This document shows positions 57,590-64,000 of a stretch of DNA of 64,000 nt, in pieces. Position 1 is the first letter of the stretch. Every line of letters starts with the position of its first letter. Origin of the DNA: a virus (lineage: Duplodnaviria > Heunggongvirae > Uroviricota > Caudoviricetes); the IMG/VR virus record IMGVR_UViG_3300044765_000092, positions 1 through 64,000 of that record; one strand, 5' to 3'. Below the pieces are notes generated by a model. That model was not told the DNA's origin. It made no database searches and worked only from the letters and a program-made list of their open reading frames with translations. The position numbers and the translations under genes are program-made.

Positions 57590-57976
57590 GTGAAGCGCAT
57601 CTTGGTCACCGCCAGTATGCCACATCGAGTACTGGAAAAGATGGCCAAGGACTTGCGGACCGACTTTGCAGACCGTAAGGGACGTAAAGACTGCAAGACC
57701 AAGGTCGTCGAGGGTATTCAACATCGACACAATCTGCACGACAAGATCTGGCTGTTCGGCTCACAGAACGAGGTGACGCACGCTGTACTTACCGATGCGA
57801 ATAACAACGTGGTGGTCGACAGCCTAGCCAAATCAGGCGGTGAGTTCAAGGCCGACAAGGGATACACATGGTCAAAAGACGCCGATGACACGGTGACCGA
57901 CGAGTGTGTATCGACCATCAGTGTCGGTCATTGGTTCAAGCAGTATCTCGAACCGGAGGGCTTTCAATGGACCTGA
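57590..57976 (+). CDS. Hypothetical protein
   Basis: GTG 57590 with aagga RBS. Confidence 0.55.
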   Translation: MKRILVTASMPHRVLEKMAKDLRTDFADRKGRKDCKTKVVEGIQHRHNLHDKIWLFGSQNEVTHAVLTDANNNVVVDSLAKSGGEFKADKGYTWSKDADDTVTDECVSTISVGHWFKQYLEPEGFQWT

Positions 57977-58872
57977 ACGAACTCCCGTCCATGGTGGCCG
58001 ATGCCTATTCGAAGCTCAAGCACACAGTAGGACATCCTGCGCCCGATGGGCGGGTCGAGCTGGTCAATCCCCCGAAGTTCCGCACTGACTTCCGTGTGTG
58101 CCGTATCGAAACTGGCAGCATGTTCAAGCTCCGCGTCATGAACGAACGGTACGACTACTTCAATGAACATGCGTTTGGCAACCAGCTGACCAAGCCCAAG
58201 TTTGAAGTGTCGAAGAACATGCCGCATGCCATCAAGTACGGGTTCTACCAGAATGGTGGTCTACACGGTCAATCACGCATAGTAATCACCGCCAAACTGC
58301 TTCTGCTACCGGACGATACATTGTTCAACTACGTGATGTTGCACGAAATGGCTCACCAGTTCGTGCGTGAAGTGTTGAACGTACTGAGCGGTGATCCTCA
58401 CGGCGAATGGTGGCAAGAAACAATGCGCCGGCTCGGTCTGCCAGACACTGCCAAGTACCACGGTGATGTCGAAACCGTGATGACCAAACAAGAGAAGCTG
58501 GAAAAGCAGAAGACAGTAGAACGTATTGTCGTACACAACATCACTGTCGCAGACATCAAACAGTTTCCGCCTCAAGGCACAATCTTGATCTGTCTGTCGA
58601 ACCACAAGCCAGTGTTGCAGCGCATACTGCCAGTGTTCTTCACGCAGAAAATGGACAAGGTCCTGGGTGCAGACCCGAAGATCATGAAGCGCGGTAAGCT
58701 CAATCTGTTCCAGGCTGACCAGCTATCGTACCCAGATCTCAAGCATCGGCGTAGTAAAGCCTACGCTGCCCTCGAAGACCCCGTTGTTGTTCAATACGCA
58801 AAGCGTGCGACGGAGCTAGCTACCAGACTCACAGATGGTACTCTTGTCCACCATATCGATGACAAAGCCTGA
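57967..58872 (+). CDS. SprT-like zinc metalloprotease
   Basis: YDYFN..FGNQL, LHEMAH, PHGEWW. Confidence 0.8.
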   Translation: MDLNELPSMVADAYSKLKHTVGHPAPDGRVELVNPPKFRTDFRVCRIETGSMFKLRVMNERYDYFNEHAFGNQLTKPKFEVSKNMPHAIKYGFYQNGGLHGQSRIVITAKLLLLPDDTLFNYVMLHEMAHQFVREVLNVLSGDPHGEWWQETMRRLGLPDTAKYHGDVETVMTKQEKLEKQKTVERIVVHNITVADIKQFPPQGTILICLSNHKPVLQRILPVFFTQKMDKVLGADPKIMKRGKLNLFQADQLSYPDLKHRRSKAYAALEDPVVVQYAKRATELATRLTDGTLVHHIDDKA

Positions 58873-59224
58873 CTCAATGTCTATTCAACAAGCTCACGAT
58901 CAAGTCCTAACCACAGTCAAGGCCCACGGGTTCAAGACCGAGAATCTATACCCGGCAAGCTGTCGGTTCTTGCGCCAACTCCCGTGTGGTTTGCGCCAAG
59001 AACTGACGGTCCGTAGCCGAGGACGTGAGAATCCGAACGAATTCAGTATCGAACTCAATCTGTTGAAGAAGAAGCGGTTGCTGCGCAACAAGCTCTTGGT
59101 CGGGACTATCGACGAGTGCTGCGCCTTTGTTATGGAGCACATCAATGAAACGAATTCAGACAACAGTTCCCACCGAGCCGAGGCAGCTGGGGCTACCACC
59201 ACTGGTTCAGCCCAAGGTGGGTGA
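58859..59224 (+). CDS. Hypothetical protein
   Basis: ORF continuing the + block. Confidence 0.45.
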   Translation: MTKPDSMSIQQAHDQVLTTVKAHGFKTENLYPASCRFLRQLPCGLRQELTVRSRGRENPNEFSIELNLLKKKRLLRNKLLVGTIDECCAFVMEHINETNSDNSSHRAEAAGATTTGSAQGG

Positions 59225-59648
59225 TACGTTGTTGCTCGATGGTGAGACGTGGCCTTTAGCCATGTGCGAAGGTAAGTGGGGTCACTGGCTGTACGATGAG
59301 TGTGGACATCGATATAGTGGCGAGTTCATCGCCATTCCAGAACACCATATCCTAGTGCAGGATCCACAGCGATCGAGGCCCGGTCATCCAGTGTGGATCA
59401 CGGGAATGCCGGCTGCCAAGGAGCGTCGATCACCATTGCGCGTTACAACCGTACAGACGTACAAGGTTAAGATCGGTCTGGGTGCCGAGCAACTGGAATA
59501 CGATATCGAGGCTGAGAACGTTGATCAAGCTCGACGTCTGGCTATAGGTCGTCTGTCACGTAATTTGAATGTAGTGATCCCGGTGCTCATCACTAGGTTG
59601 AAGACACCACCAAACTACATCCGCGTCGAACTACTACATCCACACTGA
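59145..59648 (+). CDS. Hypothetical protein
   Basis: ggag RBS before ATG 59145. Confidence 0.5.
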   Translation: MKRIQTTVPTEPRQLGLPPLVQPKVGDTLLLDGETWPLAMCEGKWGHWLYDECGHRYSGEFIAIPEHHILVQDPQRSRPGHPVWITGMPAAKERRSPLRVTTVQTYKVKIGLGAEQLEYDIEAENVDQARRLAIGRLSRNLNVVIPVLITRLKTPPNYIRVELLHPH

Positions 59649-59650
59649 TT

Positions 59651-61348
59651 ATGAAGACACTCACGACCGCTGCACCGAATCAGAAGCAGTTTGACGACCT
59701 CATTCGCCTCATGTACGCGGCCGTGATCTCTGTGTCAGATGGTCAGGCGGCAACAGGCGAGCTCAAGGCACAAACCATCGCGTGGTCAGCCAATGCCGCA
59801 AAGTTCGAGAAGCAGTACGATCTACCAGAACTCACCAATTCGTTGCGCGAAGTGGTAGCCGATCCGGCAGCTCTCGACGATGTGATCGACACGTTTCGGT
59901 CTTCCCGTCAGATTCTAAAGCAAATGCAGCTGGACCGTGAGTTCAGCCACGAGGATATTGACATCCTCAAGGCATCGTTTGCCTATCTGCTTACCAAGAG
60001 CGATCGTGCATTGCAGGCCCTGGTGAAGATGGCACCACGGCTACACACACCTCTGTTGTCTGCGCAGCTCAAGTTCGATGCGGGCTCCCAAAACACATAC
60101 AACAAGCCACTGCAGAAGATCGTATGGGCTGTGGCAAAGCGTAAGAACTCCAACAAGCTGACTAAGGACGAAGCAGAAGCGCTCAGGGAAAAGAACCCGG
60201 AGGTATACAAGGAGTACCTCCGTCTGCGTCGTGGAGTCAACGACGTGTGGAAGACCGAGCTGCGTAACTTTGTCTTCGACTCGGGCAAACCCATAGTCGA
60301 CTATCAGGCGGCGCTCAAGTTCCTGCAGAGCCAGGGTCTCGAACACACGCTGCCACCTCAGTATCGCGGCAAGATCGACGCTAACGGTGCTCTCTACACG
60401 ACGACGGGCAAACCCTTGGCCGGCGGTCTACCGAGTCCTGGGTTTACCATCAAAATGAACCCGGATTACGATCCGAAGACCGATGATGGCGCTGTGTTCA
60501 TGACCATCAACGACGAAACGGATGCAGTCAGCAAATATGTCTATACGCAAGACTTCGTCAAGCGTGCGACCAAGAGCAAACTTGAGAAGGTCAAGAAGCT
60601 AGACACAATGATCGACAACGTCCGCAAGAAGTGGATGATGTATGTCAAGCAGGGTGGCAAGTCGCCTCAGGCGGTGTGTTCGACGGTCCTTGAACTGCTC
60701 TACTTGTTCGGTGCTCGAATCGGTGATAAGGGTAACACAGCCAAGGGTAAGACCACGTATGGGCTATCGACCATTCTGGTCAAGCATGTCAAGGTCTCGG
60801 GCGCCAACGTCGTCATCGGTTACAATGGCAAAGACGGTGTGCGTCAGGTTCATAAGCTGGATGGTAGCACACCAGAAGGCAAGATCCTGGTGAGGAACAT
60901 CAAGATCCTATTGCACGGCAAACAGCCAAACGATCAGGTGTTCACTTTTGACTACGGCGATCGTACTGACATCCCAGCCAATCCGAAGATGATCAATGAT
61001 TGGTTCCACAAGCTAGGTATCCCACAGGGAGTGACGGTTCACAAACTGCGCCACGTTCAGGGTAGCCGTTTGTTCCGCGAGCTGATGGACCAGAATGCTA
61101 AGACCTTGTTTGAGCGTAAGGTCCCGCTGACCCAGACGCAGGGCAACCAAGCATTTGTCAAGTTGGCTGAGAAAGTTGGTCAGCTGCTAGGTCACATAAA
61201 GACCGCAGGTGGTCAAGCTAAAGTCACAGGGATGACCGCTCTTAAAAGCTACATTGACCCAGAGGCCCAGCTCGAGTTCTGGTCGCGGGCTAATCTACGA
61301 CCGCCCAAGTACCTCGAAAAGATGGGCAAGAACCAGGGACTGCTGTGA
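59651..61348 (+). CDS. DNA topoisomerase IB with long N-terminal extension
   Basis: Catalytic residues in GARIG (R), GKDG (K), HKLRH (R), LGH (H) and KSYID (Y); YGLST motif. Confidence 0.85.
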   Translation: MKTLTTAAPNQKQFDDLIRLMYAAVISVSDGQAATGELKAQTIAWSANAAKFEKQYDLPELTNSLREVVADPAALDDVIDTFRSSRQILKQMQLDREFSHEDIDILKASFAYLLTKSDRALQALVKMAPRLHTPLLSAQLKFDAGSQNTYNKPLQKIVWAVAKRKNSNKLTKDEAEALREKNPEVYKEYLRLRRGVNDVWKTELRNFVFDSGKPIVDYQAALKFLQSQGLEHTLPPQYRGKIDANGALYTTTGKPLAGGLPSPGFTIKMNPDYDPKTDDGAVFMTINDETDAVSKYVYTQDFVKRATKSKLEKVKKLDTMIDNVRKKWMMYVKQGGKSPQAVCSTVLELLYLFGARIGDKGNTAKGKTTYGLSTILVKHVKVSGANVVIGYNGKDGVRQVHKLDGSTPEGKILVRNIKILLHGKQPNDQVFTFDYGDRTDIPANPKMINDWFHKLGIPQGVTVHKLRHVQGSRLFRELMDQNAKTLFERKVPLTQTQGNQAFVKLAEKVGQLLGHIKTAGGQAKVTGMTALKSYIDPEAQLEFWSRANLRPPKYLEKMGKNQGLL

Positions 61349-61761
61349 TGCAACAGATCATTGTACTGAGTGCAGGAACCAAGGCCAGTCCTTGGTTCAA
61401 GTGTGAGGTAATAGCGCCGATAGGCCCGTTTGAAGCGGGCGACAAAGTGTACGTGAAGAAGAACACTGAGTATCCGCTACGCGGGGCTGGTGAAACCTAC
61501 TGGATCTTCGGATACAACACGGGTCGCGTTGCTCACGTCGGTCGTGATGTAGGTGCCTCGTTCATCCGCAGTGCCCTCAAGCGTGGCGGTAACGCCGCGA
61601 TCGCCACACCAGCACAGGCAGAGGCACTGACCCAACGATTCGCACCAATCGTTCAGCAGCTGATCAAGAAGTGGCAAACCGACCGCAAGAAGTTTCCGAT
61701 ACAGCCACGCATCCGCGAGATCAAGATTGAAGAACCACAACGCGATTGGTCGCACAAGTAA
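61345..61761 (+). CDS. Hypothetical protein
   Basis: 138-aa ORF, GTGA overlap. Confidence 0.6.
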   Translation: MMQQIIVLSAGTKASPWFKCEVIAPIGPFEAGDKVYVKKNTEYPLRGAGETYWIFGYNTGRVAHVGRDVGASFIRSALKRGGNAAIATPAQAEALTQRFAPIVQQLIKKWQTDRKKFPIQPRIREIKIEEPQRDWSHK

Positions 61762-61788
61762 AAACGGGACCCCTAGGGGTCCCGTTTT
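61761..61788. terminator. Bidirectional terminator between convergent blocks
   Basis: Perfect 28-bp palindrome aaaacgggacccctaggggtcccgtttt. Confidence 0.85.
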
Positions 61789-61807
61789 CATTGGCGCGGT
61801 CAGATGA

Positions 61808-62662
61808 TCACTTCACTTGTGCATACGTTGTAGACAGCCACTCACGCACTTCAGCTTGAGTTGGATAACGCCCATTCAGAACAGACGGTGCGCTGTCGAT
61901 GTACTGAGCAAGGAAGTAGTTGTCTTCCTGCGGATCTTCACCTGCTTCAAACGCCCACATCTTCTTGTAGCGCCGCGGCTTTTCCGAGTAGCCGTTCTCG
62001 ACACGAAAGGCATTGAGTGTTGCCTTGCCCATGTATCTGGCATACAGGTGATCGAACGACACACCCATCGAGTCAGCAAGACACAACACTTCGTAGACTG
62101 AACCTTGACCAGAAGCCACTGCGATCATGGTATACCGCAGTTGTTCACGAACAGATCGCTGGTCTTCGTTAGACCGATCTTCGTGGGTTAGGACAATGTC
62201 CTCGGCCACGGAATCCATCATACATTCCGTGGTTTCTTCGGAGAGCTCTCCAATAGGCTCATCGCCGATGCTACTTTCCACCACATCGGTGTACGACAGA
62301 ACCATGCCGACGCGGCTCGGAGGAAGATCCATCTCGTTCGAAACCCACAGCACCATTTCCTGACTCAGAACAAAGTGCAGTGTGTCCACCAGCTCGGTAA
62401 TGCAATTACTGCGATCGGTTTCCTTAGCGGTCCACCATTCGTAGCCCAGGCTGCCCATGAATTCGCCGAGTTCACCAAGAGCAGCCGCCGTGTAGTCGAT
62501 TGGCTTTTTGCCATCGATCAACTCATCGCTGAGGATCTCTCCGGCCACGCCTCGAAGGATCCATTCGTTTGAGTACGAACCCTTGTTCAACGCAGCCTGC
62601 ACACGTAGCAGGTCAGCAACTCGTTCTTTCGTCAGATTTTGGATCATGTTGGTTTGGTTCAA
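61808..62662 (-). CDS. dut: Dimeric all-alpha dUTPase (dUTPase_2)
   Basis: ELGE...YEWW, ELVDTLHF, Y.GK..LN.FR..NGY, KKMW...EDN. Confidence 0.85.
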   Translation of the reverse strand: MNQTNMIQNLTKERVADLLRVQAALNKGSYSNEWILRGVAGEILSDELIDGKKPIDYTAAALGELGEFMGSLGYEWWTAKETDRSNCITELVDTLHFVLSQEMVLWVSNEMDLPPSRVGMVLSYTDVVESSIGDEPIGELSEETTECMMDSVAEDIVLTHEDRSNEDQRSVREQLRYTMIAVASGQGSVYEVLCLADSMGVSFDHLYARYMGKATLNAFRVENGYSEKPRRYKKMWAFEAGEDPQEDNYFLAQYIDSAPSVLNGRYPTQAEVREWLSTTYAQVK

Positions 62663-63261
62663 TCGTTGATGAAAATGCGCTTTCTAGCGCGTATTGTTCG
62701 ACGGGAGAAATCCCCGGCCCGCCACCCGAGTCTAGCTAGGATGGCAATGCGGTTAGCATCGGTCATCCGTGTGTTCTTCGACGGTCGCACGATTCGTGCG
62801 TAGCCAGTGCTGCGCTGTACTATGATGATCCCAACTTGTGGACCTAGTCGGTTCATCAACTCAGCCGTTTGTTTGATCTTCGACCACGTCTTCTCCGTAA
62901 AACAGAAATAGAAGCGGTCGCACAGGTTAAGATACGAATTCCACTTATCGTCGGTACGGAAGTCAGCCACACAGCTCTTCACTTCGACGATCACCACATC
63001 ACCGTTTATACGGTTGCCTATCAGATCGGCTCGCCTATTACCCCAGGTCAATACTCCGAGCTCTTCTGTGCAGCTATACCCACCCTTTACAAACAGATGA
63101 GTGGCAGCCTCTTTGAGAGCAGCCGCCACTTCCTTGCGTGTAAACTTTGGACCTGACAACGCTTGTTCGGATCGCGCAGCGATCTTAGCTCGTTGTTCTG
63201 CCTCGCGTTTCAGTCTGGTGGCCGAACTACGTGCCTTTGGTCTACGTTTACGGCGTGACAT
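62659..63261 (-). CDS. MmcB-family (DUF1052) PD-(D/E)XK nuclease
   Basis: RRADLIG...IVEVKSCVADFRTDDKWNSYLNLCDRFYF. Confidence 0.8.
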   Translation of the reverse strand: MSRRKRRPKARSSATRLKREAEQRAKIAARSEQALSGPKFTRKEVAAALKEAATHLFVKGGYSCTEELGVLTWGNRRADLIGNRINGDVVIVEVKSCVADFRTDDKWNSYLNLCDRFYFCFTEKTWSKIKQTAELMNRLGPQVGIIIVQRSTGYARIVRPSKNTRMTDANRIAILARLGWRAGDFSRRTIRARKRIFIND

Positions 63262-63628
63262 TCCACCCAGACTCGAGACCCTGAACGATCACACCGTTTG
63301 TGTACTGCAGATAGTTGCCTGGGGCGCCAGACGCCGAGCTCCATTGGACACCAGGAATTGCTTGGTTCACGTCCATGTACTCGGCTTGCCCCTTGTAGTC
63401 GCCAGACACCGCTTGAGCGTGGCTCAGCAAGCACGCCATCATCGCCGGATTCTGCTTGCCTGTGATAATCTTGTCGGGCGTCCACAGCTGAACTGGCACA
63501 GTGCCGGCTGTCAGCGTGATGGCCGTTTCAGAACCGTTGAACGTGGTCTCGACCGCCAGCGTGTAGTAGCCGAGAACCTTTTTCGTTTCCACCTCGATGA
63601 TGGGAACGAACTTTTGCTTGTACGACAT
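63248..63628 (-). CDS. Hypothetical, possibly structural, protein
   Basis: ggag RBS; preceded by a TAATTTGA motif. Confidence 0.6.
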   Translation of the reverse strand: MSYKQKFVPIIEVETKKVLGYYTLAVETTFNGSETAITLTAGTVPVQLWTPDKIITGKQNPAMMACLLSHAQAVSGDYKGQAEYMDVNQAIPGVQWSSASGAPGNYLQYTNGVIVQGLESGWNVTP

Positions 63629-63688
63629 TTGGGTCTCCGTATTTGACCACCAAAGATGGTATCAAATTAACCGGAGATGCACCTGATG

Positions 63689-63985
63689 TCACTTAGGAGC
63701 GCCATACTTGTCAAACAAGCGCTTCAGCTCAGCACGTTCTTTTGCCTCGATGCTAGCCGACTTTTCTACATGCTCGTAGTACGGGATCCACGTTGACGGA
63801 ATCTTTCCTTGGCGTCCTGCGTTCCACGCCCTGACCTGATTTTCGAGATCAGTTGCACCACCGTCTCCAAACGACCCGTTGTGGGCTGCTGTCTCTCGAC
63901 GATTGGCTGCTTCCTGCAACACCATGTTGGCTGTTGCTTCGAGCAAGGCAGGATCAAAAAACATTCTCGTCTTGTTCATGTTCAT
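63689..63985 (-). CDS. Hypothetical protein
   Basis: 98-aa ORF, ggagg RBS. Confidence 0.6.
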   Translation of the reverse strand: MNMNKTRMFFDPALLEATANMVLQEAANRRETAAHNGSFGDGGATDLENQVRAWNAGRQGKIPSTWIPYYEHVEKSASIEAKERAELKRLFDKYGAPK

Positions 63986-64000
63986 CCCTCCAAGAATCTG

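Noticed and set aside
59651-61348. Tyrosine integrase indicating a prophage
   Set aside because: Motifs (RIG, YGLST, GKDG, SYID) fit topoisomerase IB; no att site, repressor or host genes are seen.
1-64000. tRNA/rRNA genes and stop-codon reassignment
   Set aside because: No tRNA-like cloverleaf was noticed in the short intergenic gaps, and conserved genes are full length in the standard code.

Overview
The window is a 64 kb segment of a large (probably jumbo) tailed dsDNA phage genome. It is densely coding in the standard genetic code, in four strand blocks: + 1-18.2 kb, - 18.2-31.2 kb, + 31.3-61.8 kb and - 61.8-64 kb. Block 1 holds tail-fibre/tailspike genes, a muramidase endolysin and a prohead protease. 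Block 2 holds a tightly coupled DNA-modification operon, a spanin pair and primase. Block 3 holds replication and recombination genes (Cas4-like nuclease, 5'-3' exonuclease, beta-clamp-like protein, UvsW-like and DnaB-like helicases, NAD+ ligase, topoisomerase IB), a sigma-70-like factor, terminase and portal. Block 4 holds a dimeric dUTPase and an MmcB-like nuclease. The most striking element is the 18.2-26.5 kb operon. It combines thymidine-hypermodification machinery (thymidylate-synthase-like dUMP hydroxymethylase, 5-hmdU DNA kinase family, Nmad1/DUF1599, TAGT-like and GT-B glycosyltransferases) with UDP-galactopyranose mutase, a carbohydrate sulfotransferase and APS kinase. This suggests a sulfated, possibly galactofuranosylated, thymidine derivative in phage DNA, which I do not recognise as described; it is an inference. 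Two recurrent promoter-like octamers (TGTAAATG, TAATTTKA) and a covarying palindromic terminator pair are also visible. All family calls come from motif recognition by eye; no database searches were run.
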